Positions 36,976 to 46,958 of a DNA stretch of 64,000 nucleotides are shown here, one piece after another. The stretch covers positions 24,038 through 88,037 of the forward strand of contig CAIQIZ010000028.1 of assembly GCA_903872035.1 (NCBI GenBank), written 5' to 3'. A model generated the notes under the pieces. That model had not been told where the DNA came from and did no database searches. It saw nothing but the letters and a program-made list of their open reading frames with translations. Source of the stretch: an uncultured bacterium. Its GTDB lineage: Bacteria; Patescibacteriota; Minisyncoccia; Phycocordibacterales; PALSA-1337. Position numbers and translations under genes: made by a program. The number at the start of each line of letters is the position of its first letter. The first letter of the stretch is position 1.

Positions 36976-38112
36976 ATGCAATTATACAACCGTTCTACAA
37001 AGAAATACGTCTCCCCTTTGAAGCGTCTCATGACTTGGACAGCCGTCTATTTGTTCCCGGTTATTATTGTCGTCATCCTATTCTCGAAGACCGCCCACGC
37101 CGGTCTTCTTTCGTTCGTTAATTCTATTATGGGAGGAGAACAAGCATCGGCTAGCGTCACTGTTCCTCGATCAGCTTTGAACTCGCAGACTATACCCCTA
37201 TTAAAAGGAAACGTCGCTTTCAATCCTACGTCAGTGCTGGCCGATGAGACGATTCCTGTAGGTGATGATGGTCAGACTCTTATGCCAGATATGGCTGCCA
37301 ATAATACGGATAGCACCGATGCTGGCAATTTGCAGAAAAGCACATATATTGTCCAACAAGGTGATAATATTTCGAGCATCGCCGATATGTTCGATGTAAC
37401 TGTTGATACTGTAAAGCAAGCGAACGATTTGACGGGAAATACTGTAAGAGTTGGTCAGACTCTCACAATCCTTCCGGTCTCTGGTATTTTGTATACAGTC
37501 CAGTCCAAAGATACGCTTCAGTCGATCGCCAACAAAACAAAGGCTAATATTGACGATATTCTTGTATATAATGACCTTTCCTTATCTTCAAAGATCAAAC
37601 AAGGACAACAGTTGATCATTCCGCACGGAAAGCCGTCAGCTTCGGATATCCGGACATACCTTTCCAGTCAGAAGATGAAAGTACCTTCATTTGAACCTAT
37701 TCTCGACGCTGTCTGGAATTGGCCGTCATACCCAGGATTCTTCTCTTGTCCGGTGCCAGGAGGGCGCTTGACCCAAGGATTACATGGTCACAACGCTATC
37801 GACTTGGCTGCTCCACGAGGCACGCCTATACGAGCAGCCGCCGCTGGGACCGTGATCGTGAGCAAATCTAATATTCAAGATGGCCATAACGGCAATGGTG
37901 GTTACGGAAATTTTGTCATGGTCTCACATTCGAATGGTTCGGAAACGTTATATGCCCATATGTCGAAGCCGACGGTTTCTTCTGGTGAGCAGGTTTCCAA
38001 GGGAGAGACCATCGGATACATCGGAATGACAGGGCTCAGTACTGGTCCACATACTCACTTTGAGATCCGTAAGGCCCAGAACCCGTTCGTCAATCCTGTC
38101 CTCTGTCAGTAG
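36976..38112 (+). CDS. LysM-domain M23 family peptidoglycan endopeptidase
   Basis: N-terminal TM helix, two LysM repeats, C-terminal M23 motifs HNAIDLAAPRGTPI and HTHFEI. Confidence 0.8.
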   Translation: MQLYNRSTKKYVSPLKRLMTWTAVYLFPVIIVVILFSKTAHAGLLSFVNSIMGGEQASASVTVPRSALNSQTIPLLKGNVAFNPTSVLADETIPVGDDGQTLMPDMAANNTDSTDAGNLQKSTYIVQQGDNISSIADMFDVTVDTVKQANDLTGNTVRVGQTLTILPVSGILYTVQSKDTLQSIANKTKANIDDILVYNDLSLSSKIKQGQQLIIPHGKPSASDIRTYLSSQKMKVPSFEPILDAVWNWPSYPGFFSCPVPGGRLTQGLHGHNAIDLAAPRGTPIRAAAAGTVIVSKSNIQDGHNGNGGYGNFVMVSHSNGSETLYAHMSKPTVSSGEQVSKGETIGYIGMTGLSTGPHTHFEIRKAQNPFVNPVLCQ

Positions 38113-38121
38113 TTCCATATC

Positions 38122-39663
38122 TCAATTAATCTTTTGTCTATATTGTAGAGTTTCTAGGACATGTTCTTTTTCTATGGACAGGTTTCCTCCAAGATCGGCG
38201 ATCGTTCTGGCGACTTTGATGACTCGGTGGAATCCCCTGCCGGAAAGTCCGAGATTTTTTGCTGAGGCAGTGAGGAGTGATCGGGCATCGTCACTCAGCA
38301 TAATGCATTTCTCTATATCAGAGGCGTCCATTTCACTGTTGTATTGTTTGCGAATTCCGTGTTCAGTAAAACGTTTTTGCTGCGTATCTCTGGCCGCTAT
38401 GACGCGGGCTCTGACGGTTTCCGAATCTTCCGCGTCAGATGTCGGTGCGGCTAGCTTCTCATATTCGATCTTGTGGATATTGAGCCAAATATCCAGCCTG
38501 TCTATGATCGGCCCTGACATCTTGCGTCGATAGTTTTCCAGGGCTTTGGTCGTGCAGGTACATCCTTGGTCCCGACCCTTACCACAAGGGCATGGATTCA
38601 TAGAAGCGATGAGGATGCATTGGGCTGGAAATGTCACGGTGCCGCGGGCGCGGGATATCGTGATATGCCTATCTTCAAGCGGTTGACGCAAGGCTTCGAT
38701 AACCGCCCGATCGAATTCCGGAAATTCATCCATGAAAAGAACGCCGCGATGCGCCAAAGATATCTCGCCGGGCTTGGGTATATTGCCTCCGCCGACTATC
38801 GAAGGATATGAAGCTGTGTGATGAGGCGAACGGAATGGAGGTTCGGTTACCATGAAATCCCCCAGGATGTGAGCAGCGGAATGGACACTGGTAACTTCGA
38901 TCGATTGTTCATAAGAAAGCGGCGGAAGGATCGAGGAAAAGCTTTGGGCTAGCATGGTCTTACCTGTCCCTGGAGGTCCATACATGAGGATGTTGTGGGC
39001 GCCGGCAGCAGCGATCTCTAGCCCACGTTTACTAGATTTGTTACCTCGAATGGCGCGCATGTCCATGATGTAGACCCCCTTTTTCGGCATAGCGGACGGC
39101 AGCCGTGGAGTGAGCGGGATAACTCCTGCCCTGCCCATAAGATGGTCGATCGTCTCCCCAAGTGACGAGACGGGGAATATGGTCAATCCTTGGGCGAGCG
39201 ACGCCTCCTCTTGGTTTTCTTTAGGAATATACACTTGAGTAAATCCTTGCGCAGTCGCCTGACAAAGGATCGGCAATAAGCCGGCGACTCGTCGCACTTT
39301 TCCCTCCAAGGATAGTTCGCCTATAAAGAGCTTATGTTCGGTCTCAAGTTCAATATCTCCGGCTGCAGCTAGATACGCGAGTGCCATAGCTAGATCAAAC
39401 GACGGGCCTTCTTTGCGCAAGTCAGCTGGTGCCAGTGAGATAACCACCTTTTGGTTCTTTTGTTTTGGTGAAACGAATCCCGTGTTTTTGATAGCGGCGG
39501 CGATACGGTCCTTTGATTCTTCAATAGAACGATCCCCCAAACCGACCACGGAAAAGGAGTGAAGTCCATTTGAGATATCTACTTCAACGGTAATGATTTC
39601 CGATGTCAGGCCGATGAGTTCAGCGCAGTATGATTTTGCTAGGCTCATACTCGCATCATACAA
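38122..39663 (-). CDS. YifB/ComM family Mg-chelatase-like AAA+ ATPase
   Basis: 513 aa; Walker A GPPGTGKT, Lon-like N-domain, C4 zinc motif. Confidence 0.85.
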   Translation of the reverse strand: MYDASMSLAKSYCAELIGLTSEIITVEVDISNGLHSFSVVGLGDRSIEESKDRIAAAIKNTGFVSPKQKNQKVVISLAPADLRKEGPSFDLAMALAYLAAAGDIELETEHKLFIGELSLEGKVRRVAGLLPILCQATAQGFTQVYIPKENQEEASLAQGLTIFPVSSLGETIDHLMGRAGVIPLTPRLPSAMPKKGVYIMDMRAIRGNKSSKRGLEIAAAGAHNILMYGPPGTGKTMLAQSFSSILPPLSYEQSIEVTSVHSAAHILGDFMVTEPPFRSPHHTASYPSIVGGGNIPKPGEISLAHRGVLFMDEFPEFDRAVIEALRQPLEDRHITISRARGTVTFPAQCILIASMNPCPCGKGRDQGCTCTTKALENYRRKMSGPIIDRLDIWLNIHKIEYEKLAAPTSDAEDSETVRARVIAARDTQQKRFTEHGIRKQYNSEMDASDIEKCIMLSDDARSLLTASAKNLGLSGRGFHRVIKVARTIADLGGNLSIEKEHVLETLQYRQKIN

Positions 39664-39736
39664 GATGGAGATGAAGAAACTGTGAAGAAACCCTCAAAAA
39701 ATGATAAAAAGAGGTTCAAGAAACAATGAAGATTAT

Positions 39737-39807
39737 GGGGCAACGTAAATATGTACTGTTCCATAACTGTGGGCCAGTTTGAAACAGTACATATTTACGT
39801 TGCCCCA
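39737..39807 (+). repeat. Family-1 element, copy D: 24-bp perfect hairpin with AACTGTGGGCCAGTTTGAA apex
   Basis: GGGGCAACGTAAATATGTACTGTT at 39737-39760 pairs perfectly with AACAGTACATATTTACGTTGCCCC at 39784-39807. Confidence 0.7.
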
Positions 39808-39821
39808 CTCTTAATTATTGA

Positions 39822-40202
39822 TTATTTTGTCACAGAAGAATCGTGTCTGTGTTTGATGGAAATACGAGATGAAGGGTTTGCTTCGAGGCGTTCCCTCTCA
39901 ATCGGTTTACCGCAGGTTTCGCAGATGCCGTAGGTTCCATTTTTGATACGTTCTAGAGCGGCGACGACTTCGGTACGTTGTCCTTCAAGTTGAGTTAATA
40001 TGCCGCTATTACCCTCATATTCTTCGAGTTTGTCGGCTACCTCATTTTCGTCTGCGGGATCCACCTCGATATCGGCGGTAGTGACCTGCCAATCATTGGG
40101 ATTACCAGGGTTTTTTTGGCCAACGCCAGAGAGCTCCTGCTCCAAGCGGACCTTTTCGGCCGAAAGTTTTTGTTCGAAATACTCGATGTCTTTCTTGTTC
40201 AT
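39822..40202 (-). CDS. DksA/TraR-family C4 zinc-finger protein
   Basis: C-terminal CETCGKPI...R motif plus a coiled-coil N-terminus. Confidence 0.6.
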   Translation of the reverse strand: MNKKDIEYFEQKLSAEKVRLEQELSGVGQKNPGNPNDWQVTTADIEVDPADENEVADKLEEYEGNSGILTQLEGQRTEVVAALERIKNGTYGICETCGKPIERERLEANPSSRISIKHRHDSSVTK

Positions 40203-40211
40203 AATCCAATA

Positions 40212-41690
40212 TTAACGCATATATGATTGGTTTTCAAGCCGGGTCAGGATTTCCGAAAGAGATGATTCGTTCCCAGTTATAACGAGCGTGCCGCTATTCA
40301 CGAATGAATAAAGGAATGAGACCTGTCCGTCTGCGTTCTTGTATTCGCGCACATCTTTATTATCGACGATCTTGTTGATGAATTGTCCGCGCAGTGTGAC
40401 AGACGGAACTGGCGTGGCTGTGAATGTTGAAAAAGCGGTAGCTATCGTGGAAGTTGCGATCTTTGCTGAGGTGTGTGCTTTTGAGGATGTCGTGGCTGCT
40501 GTCGGTACGGCTATGGGAGATGGTGTCGGCAAGACTGCCGCGTTTGGACTCGTCGGCAAAACGGGAAGATATGGTTTCAAGTCATCTGGCATGCGATTTT
40601 CCCACTGCAACATGCCAGCAAAGCTGTTTTGGAAGAAGTTGTTTTGAGTTACGACAAAGACATTCCTTTGACCACGGGAATCCATATAGACGCCTAGCAT
40701 CCATGAGTCCTTGAGAGAACGGGACAAGATGTCCGGAGCCGGTATGCCCATGATCGAGAGCATGGTCGAGGCGGAGACGCGTACTTTGATGTTGTTTTGT
40801 GTGACGACCGGGACTATTTCCTTAACCGTATTTGCTGCTTGCGGTTTGGATATTTCATCTTGGACTCTGGATATGATGGTTTTCGCATTGAGGCCATCGA
40901 TTGGCAAGATAGATGAAATATCAGCAGTGACCAAGGCAGAGGTTGTTGGTTGATTGACTGCGAGAGGGGCTGTTTGTTTGACTGGAGCTATAGGGCTCTG
41001 TAGATATAGGTAATATGCTCCAAAGGCTCCGCCGCCCAAGAGTAGCAAAGATACGAGAGTCAGCAGCAAATTCTTGACTGTATGCGACTGGATGTATGGT
41101 TCGCGACGTTCGTGAGTGGCCATTTTTTCTTCACCTGTTTGTTTTTTGGTTTCAGCGATAGCGATAGAGGCGGTCGAAACGTGGGTGTGTGACATAAGGT
41201 CAGCCACGTCGCTTTCATAAGTGCGAATCGGTTTTATTTCAGGACTGTCCAGTGGAGTTGTCGGTTGCTTTGGGGGAGCTACGATCGGATCGCCAGTCAA
41301 TTTCTCGATCTCTGCGGAAAGCTTGCTTGCGGTCGTTTCGGCAGATAGGACGGTTTTTGTTGGTGGGTTCGCTGGACCTGTTCGGGCCGTTGGCGAAGCA
41401 GGATTTTGGTTTGGAGCTGCTGTATATGTTGGTGGAAATTCTTGAGGCGGGATCGGCGAAGGCGTTTCTTGTACGGTTTGTTGATTGACCAGCGAAGATA
41501 CCAAGACATCTCCAGATATTGGAACAGTCGGATCGGTGTCCGGAGATTCGTTTTCGTCCACCGGGGAAATGTTTAGGTCAGCCGTGATGTCAAAAACTTG
41601 TGGAGAGTGCGGACTATCATCCGGATCATCGTTCCCACCGTTTTGGTCAGGCACCGGAGTACTTTGAGGCTTGATTGTGTTCTCTTCCAT
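40212..41690 (-). CDS. Hypothetical bitopic membrane protein with an acidic, Pro-rich N-terminal region
   Basis: Central TM helix LLLTLVSLLLLGGGAFGAYYLYL. Confidence 0.45.
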   Translation of the reverse strand: MEENTIKPQSTPVPDQNGGNDDPDDSPHSPQVFDITADLNISPVDENESPDTDPTVPISGDVLVSSLVNQQTVQETPSPIPPQEFPPTYTAAPNQNPASPTARTGPANPPTKTVLSAETTASKLSAEIEKLTGDPIVAPPKQPTTPLDSPEIKPIRTYESDVADLMSHTHVSTASIAIAETKKQTGEEKMATHERREPYIQSHTVKNLLLTLVSLLLLGGGAFGAYYLYLQSPIAPVKQTAPLAVNQPTTSALVTADISSILPIDGLNAKTIISRVQDEISKPQAANTVKEIVPVVTQNNIKVRVSASTMLSIMGIPAPDILSRSLKDSWMLGVYMDSRGQRNVFVVTQNNFFQNSFAGMLQWENRMPDDLKPYLPVLPTSPNAAVLPTPSPIAVPTAATTSSKAHTSAKIATSTIATAFSTFTATPVPSVTLRGQFINKIVDNKDVREYKNADGQVSFLYSFVNSGTLVITGNESSLSEILTRLENQSYMR

Positions 41691-41839
41691 TTGTTGTAAG
41701 TATAACGTTTTCTGCGCCGCTCTTCAAAGGTTGAAGGAATCATTGGATGGCTATATCTGAACACTGGTTCCAAATAACCCCCTCTGGAAGTGTTTCCGAG
41801 GGGATCATAATGGAATCATGTAACGAATTTTACCTGTTC

Positions 41840-43996
41840 CTAGAACCGACGCTTGAATTCTGGTCGAGGTTTTGGAACCTCTTCTTTTTTGTGGAAGAAA
41901 TCAGGATTTGCTTGTTTTATTGAGAGGTTTATGCGACCTTTGTCATCAACTTCCTTGACTACGACTGGTACCTTATCTCCCTCTTTGACATAAGTCTCAA
42001 CTCTCTCAACTCGGAATGGAGCAATTTCGGATACGTGCACCAATCCTTCAGCATTTGGTCCGATCTTAACGAATGCACCGAAATCCATGAGGCGCGTGAC
42101 TTCTCCGTCGAATTTTTCTCCAGGCATGTATTCACGAGTCATATTGAATATGATCTCTTTGGCTTTTTGAGCCGTCTCATTCTTTCCTGTGATGAAGATC
42201 GATCCATCATCTTCGATCGTTATATCTTCGACATGAGTGACATCACGAATCTCGTTGATAGTTTTTCCGCCAGAACCGATAACCAATCCGATCTGGTCAG
42301 GTTTGATCTTCATGACAATGATCTCTGGAGCGCTCGGAGAAATCTTGGCTCGCGGCACGGCTATCTCTTTTTCGATGACATCTAGGATCTGGAAACGAGC
42401 TTTCTTAGCTTTTTCAAAAGCTTCGCCTAAGATTTTCAATGGAATACCTCCAACCTTCACATCCATTTGGACTGCGGTGATTCCAGTACGAGTACCTGCA
42501 ACTTTAAAGTCCATATCTCCATGATGGTCTTCTGGGCCTTGGATGTCGGTCAGGACTTTGTATTCCAGATCCTTTCCTTGTTTACCACCCTTTCTCATCA
42601 TGAGCCCAGAGGCGATGCCTGCTACAGGTGCTTTTATGGGAACGCCGCCATCCATTAGAGCTAATGTTGAACCGCAGACCGACCCCATGGAAGTTGATCC
42701 GTTCGAAGCCATGGCTTCGGAGACGATACGAATGGTATATGGGAATTTGTCTTTCTCTGGAATCACAGGGTACAAAGCTTTTTCGGCTAAGGCGCCGTGT
42801 CCGATCATTCTCCTGTTGGTCCCGCCCATGCGCCCGGTCTCTCCTGTCGAAAACGGCGGGAAGTTGTAATGGTGCATGAACCTCTTGTTCTCTTCAACTG
42901 TGACACCCTCTATGACTTGGGCGTCGCCAGGTGAGCCAAGGGTAAGGACTGACATTATATGTGTGCCGCCGCGGTAGAATGTTCCGGAACCGTGAAGGAT
43001 TGGAGAAATCCCGCCGGCCTTGGCAAATAATGGGCGGATCTCATCCATTGTTCTACCATCTGGGCGTTTGTCGCTATCTATGGCTTGGTCGTGGATAAGG
43101 TCATTTACAGAACTCTCGAATGTTTCTAGAGCCATGCCAGCATTGCCATCCGGCAGCTTGTCTTTGAAGAGTTTCATCCATTCATCGGAAATTTCTTCCA
43201 GTTTTTTCTTACCAGGACCGCTGAAAACGTATTTAAGTAGCTTCGGTGCGATCTCTTTATCGAACAATTCCTTGGTGCCGGCCGTGGCTTTTGGTAATTC
43301 AACCTCTTTCTTTTCCTGACCGATGTCTTTGATTATCTTCTTTTGCCAGTCTTGGATGGTCTCGATTACTTCTGAGGCCTTAGCTAAGGCAGCGCTGACG
43401 ACATCCTCGCCGAGCTCCTTGCTGCCAACTTCGATCATATTGATCATCCCATCTTTTCCACAGGCGATAAGATCCAAAGTATTGCCAACCAAGTCACGAT
43501 CGGTGAAATTCGGATTGACTAGCCAGTCCGAATTCTTGCCGATGCGAACGGCTGAAACCGGACCATTCCAAGGAATATCTGAAGTTCCAAGCGCTAGAGA
43601 GGCGGCGATAACAGCCGCTATATCAGGATCATCTTGGTCGATTGAAAGAGTTGTTAATACAACTTGAACTTCGTGGCGCATCAATTGGTTAAAAAGAGGG
43701 CGAATCGTACGATCGACGATGCGTCCAGAAAGTATAGCCTCTGTTGAAGGTCTCCCCTCTCTGCGCATGAATCGGGATCCTAGAATTCTTCCTGTTGCAT
43801 AAAAACGCTCTTCGTAGTCGACTGTCAACGGAAAAAAGTCCCCTTCCTTGGGTTCTTTTCCCATCACAGCGGTGGCCATGACGGCGGTGTTTCCATAACG
43901 GACTATGACTGAGCCGTTCGCTTGGTCGGCTAGGTCATTGAATTCAGCGGAGAGAGTTCGTCCACCAACTTCCATGGAATATTGTTTTGTTTTCAT
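41840..43996 (-). CDS. pnp: Polyribonucleotide nucleotidyltransferase (PNPase)
   Basis: 718 aa; two RNase PH domains, KH and S1 domains. Confidence 0.9.
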   Translation of the reverse strand: MKTKQYSMEVGGRTLSAEFNDLADQANGSVIVRYGNTAVMATAVMGKEPKEGDFFPLTVDYEERFYATGRILGSRFMRREGRPSTEAILSGRIVDRTIRPLFNQLMRHEVQVVLTTLSIDQDDPDIAAVIAASLALGTSDIPWNGPVSAVRIGKNSDWLVNPNFTDRDLVGNTLDLIACGKDGMINMIEVGSKELGEDVVSAALAKASEVIETIQDWQKKIIKDIGQEKKEVELPKATAGTKELFDKEIAPKLLKYVFSGPGKKKLEEISDEWMKLFKDKLPDGNAGMALETFESSVNDLIHDQAIDSDKRPDGRTMDEIRPLFAKAGGISPILHGSGTFYRGGTHIMSVLTLGSPGDAQVIEGVTVEENKRFMHHYNFPPFSTGETGRMGGTNRRMIGHGALAEKALYPVIPEKDKFPYTIRIVSEAMASNGSTSMGSVCGSTLALMDGGVPIKAPVAGIASGLMMRKGGKQGKDLEYKVLTDIQGPEDHHGDMDFKVAGTRTGITAVQMDVKVGGIPLKILGEAFEKAKKARFQILDVIEKEIAVPRAKISPSAPEIIVMKIKPDQIGLVIGSGGKTINEIRDVTHVEDITIEDDGSIFITGKNETAQKAKEIIFNMTREYMPGEKFDGEVTRLMDFGAFVKIGPNAEGLVHVSEIAPFRVERVETYVKEGDKVPVVVKEVDDKGRINLSIKQANPDFFHKKEEVPKPRPEFKRRF

Positions 43997-44173
43997 AATG
44001 AGTGCTCGCCTACAGATTTCAGCTTTGAAGTAAAAACTTCAATTCTGTTTATCTACAGGCGAAATTATCTATTAATGTACTTCGAACAAGCCTAATGTAG
44101 CACATCGATTCGTGATTTGACAACAAACAAGGTCACGACTGTGACCTTGAATTTGAAATAATTGAATCTAATC

Positions 44174-44698
44174 TTACCTCTTCCCACCCCCACCGCTCCT
44201 TAAGAGATATTTATGAGAAGCTTCGTCGAGATCCATGAAATTGTCAGCAGCCTCGATAAGTTTAGCTGATGTTGATTTGCCGAATGACACTACTTCGACT
44301 TGGCAACCTTGATTCATCTGCAAGTATTCAACTAGAGGTACGAAATCACCATCACCTGTTATAAGGATGACGGCATCTAGTTTTGGTGACAATTTGACGG
44401 CATCTATAGCTAGTCCGACGTCCCAGTCGGCTTTCTTGGCGCCAGAGCTGAAGATTTGTAAGTCTTTGACCTTTGTTTCTATACCCATCTTCGTTAAGGC
44501 TTCGAAGAAGGCGTTCTCTTCACCTGATTCCGTAGCGATGACATAGGCGACTGCCCTCACGAGCTTGCGACCATCCAGCGAATCCTTGACGATTTGGCCG
44601 AAATTGACCTTGGAATGATATAGATTCTTGCCGCTATGGTAGAGGTTTTGTGCGTCGATATAAACGCCGACGCGTTGTTCTTTGTGTTTTATGATCAT
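44174..44698 (-). CDS. NYN/LabA-like PIN-fold nuclease domain protein
   Basis: RVGVYIDAQNLYHS N-terminus and ILITGDGDF motif. Confidence 0.65.
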   Translation of the reverse strand: MIIKHKEQRVGVYIDAQNLYHSGKNLYHSKVNFGQIVKDSLDGRKLVRAVAYVIATESGEENAFFEALTKMGIETKVKDLQIFSSGAKKADWDVGLAIDAVKLSPKLDAVILITGDGDFVPLVEYLQMNQGCQVEVVSFGKSTSAKLIEAADNFMDLDEASHKYLLRSGGGGKR

Positions 44699-44809
44699 AA
44701 AAAATGATTACGATTAATTTATTAAAAAATTCTGTAAGTATTATAGTCCAAAAATCCAATAAAGTCCTGAAAGTCGGCTTTATGAACTTTCTAACTTGAA
44801 ACTTGATAA

Positions 44810-45076
44810 TTATTTCTTGAGTTCCAACTTCTTAATGATAGCTGAGTAGCGTCGAGGATAATTCTTTTTGAGATAGCCCAAATGTGTCTGGCGATCGGCG
44901 ACCATACCTAGAAGACCACGGCGAGAGTGATTGTCCTTGCGATGTTTGCGTAAATGACCTGTCAATTCATCTATCCTTTTGGTCAAAAGAGCGACCTGGA
45001 CTTCAGGAGATCCGCTGTCCTTCTCGTGTATGCCGGTTTCCTTGATAATCTTGGTCTTTTGTCTGGCTGTTAACAT
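44810..45076 (-). CDS. rpsO: 30S ribosomal protein S15
   Basis: 88 aa; typical S15 sequence; upstream of pnp. Confidence 0.85.
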   Translation of the reverse strand: MLTARQKTKIIKETGIHEKDSGSPEVQVALLTKRIDELTGHLRKHRKDNHSRRGLLGMVADRQTHLGYLKKNYPRRYSAIIKKLELKK

Positions 45077-45126
45077 GATGGCTTATAGTAGCATGAATAG
45101 GTAGTGGGCGCAAGATACCAATATGT

Positions 45127-46074
45127 TTGCCTAGGTCTTACAATACATGTATGTCGCACAATATACACGAGCTCAAACAGCAATTTTTGGAGTATTTGGA
45201 GATTGAAAAGGGTCGGTCGCTGAAGACTGTGATCAATTATGATCATTATTTGACGAGATTCTTGCAGTACGCCAAGCTCAAAAAGACGGAGGACATTACT
45301 GCTGACGTGGTCCGTGAATACCGTCTGTGGCTTAACCGCCAATTGACGGGTCGTAGCAGGACGAATAAGGGCGAAACTCTGAAGAAGAAGACACAGAACT
45401 TCCACTTGATCGCTTTGCGGGCATTTCTGAAGTTTTTGGCTAAAAGAGACATCCCTACTCTTTCACCAGAGCGAATCGAACTGGCGAAAGTTGGTGAAAG
45501 AGGCCTTGATCTAATTACTCCTGAAGAATTACGCCGGTTACTGGATGCGCCTAAGGGTAATGACTTAAAATCGTTGAGAGATAAGGCTATTTTGGAATGT
45601 CTATTCTCCACAGGCCTTCGCGTTTCCGAGCTCTGTTCCCTTCCAAGCGACATTAATTTGAATCGAGATGAGCTGTCAGTCAGAGGAAAGGGAGAGAAGA
45701 TCCGGGTAGTCTTTCTTTCGCCAGATGCCAAAGCTGCAATTAAGAGATATTTGGATAAACGCACTGATATGGACGATGCTCTATTCGTCAGATTAAATCG
45801 TGAGGAGGCCAAGAATGGTGATTTGGCTATGGACAAGCGGTCTGTCGAAAGAACCGTGAAGTATTGGGCTATAAAAACGGGAATATCAAAGAAAGTCACT
45901 CCACACGTTATTCGCCACTGCTTTGCAACGGACTTGCTATCAAATGGTGCCGATTTACGTTCAGTTCAAATGCTTCTTGGTCACGCAAACATCAATACTA
46001 CTCAGATTTACACCCATATTACAGACAGCCAGTTGCAGAAGGTGCATAAACAGTTTCATAATCGAAAAAACTAG
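45127..46074 (+). CDS. Tyrosine site-specific recombinase XerC/XerD family
   Basis: C-terminal R...HxxR...Y motif (VIRHCFATDLL...NTTQIYTH). The start may instead be MSHNIHEL at 45151. Confidence 0.8.
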   Translation: MPRSYNTCMSHNIHELKQQFLEYLEIEKGRSLKTVINYDHYLTRFLQYAKLKKTEDITADVVREYRLWLNRQLTGRSRTNKGETLKKKTQNFHLIALRAFLKFLAKRDIPTLSPERIELAKVGERGLDLITPEELRRLLDAPKGNDLKSLRDKAILECLFSTGLRVSELCSLPSDINLNRDELSVRGKGEKIRVVFLSPDAKAAIKRYLDKRTDMDDALFVRLNREEAKNGDLAMDKRSVERTVKYWAIKTGISKKVTPHVIRHCFATDLLSNGADLRSVQMLLGHANINTTQIYTHITDSQLQKVHKQFHNRKN

Positions 46075-46107
46075 CCATTTGGTTAATTAATATCTTATAC
46101 TAACCAT

Positions 46108-46902
46108 ATGCGAATCATCTCCTGGAATGTGAACGGTATCAGATCTGTAGTAAAAAAAGGCTTATTTACTCCGTTTATTGAAAAATATCAGCCGGATATT
46201 TTGTGCTTGCAGGAAACCAAAGCCGAACAAGGTCAAGCAGTCATCGATCTAAGCGGATACGAGGAATACTGGAATTCGGCCAAGAAGAAGGGTTATTCTG
46301 GAACAGCAATTTTCACGAAATTAAAACCGATCGCTGTTTTTAATGATCTACCGGAGAATATTTGCACAAAATTTGGCTTGAAGGAGGACAAGTTTGGCGA
46401 TTCCAGGACCGAAGGCCGTGTGATCGCCGCCGAATTCGACAGATTCTTCGTTGTTACGGTTTATACGCCAAACGCAAAGGATGATCTTGGCAGGATTTCC
46501 CTACGTCACAAGCAATGGGACCCCGCATTCTTGGCCTATTGTAAAGAACTCGAATCAAAGAAGCCGGTTATTTTTTGTGGTGACTTGAATGTGGCGCACA
46601 CTCCAGATGATCTGGCGCGGCCGAAGGAAAATGAGGGATTGAAAGGCTTCACCAAAGAAGAACGAGAAGGGTTCCAGAATTTCATCGACGCCGGATTCAT
46701 CGATACATTCAGGATGTTCAATAAAGGCAATGGTTTTTACACATGGTGGTCTCATTGGTCCAATGCCCGAGCCCGAAATATTGGTTGGAGGATAGATTAC
46801 ATGATGGTCTCAAATACGTTGAAGAACAAGGTTGAATCAGCGGCTATTCACAGCGAGGTTTTGGGATCCGACCACTGCCCTATTGAAGTTGTTATCAAGT
46901 GA
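46108..46902 (+). CDS. xthA: Exodeoxyribonuclease III
   Basis: MRIISWNVNGIRS N-terminus; EEP-fold catalytic motifs. Confidence 0.85.
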   Translation: MRIISWNVNGIRSVVKKGLFTPFIEKYQPDILCLQETKAEQGQAVIDLSGYEEYWNSAKKKGYSGTAIFTKLKPIAVFNDLPENICTKFGLKEDKFGDSRTEGRVIAAEFDRFFVVTVYTPNAKDDLGRISLRHKQWDPAFLAYCKELESKKPVIFCGDLNVAHTPDDLARPKENEGLKGFTKEEREGFQNFIDAGFIDTFRMFNKGNGFYTWWSHWSNARARNIGWRIDYMMVSNTLKNKVESAAIHSEVLGSDHCPIEVVIK

Positions 46903-46910
46903 ATACGGAT

Positions 46911-46958
46911 CATCTTACTCATTTGGGCGCTGTGGGCCAGCGACAAATGAGTAAGATG
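46911..46958 (+). repeat. Family-1 palindromic element, copy E
   Basis: 15-bp perfect arms CATCTTACTCATTTG / CAAATGAGTAAGATG around GGCGCTGTGGGCCAGCGA; begins 9 nt after the xthA stop. Confidence 0.65.

Noticed and set aside
36687-37031. 114-aa minus-strand ORF between pcrA and the LysM-M23 gene
   Set aside because: It spans a family-1 repeat, a promoter-like palindrome and a hairpin plus T-run, and overlaps the start of the M23 gene. Likely non-coding.
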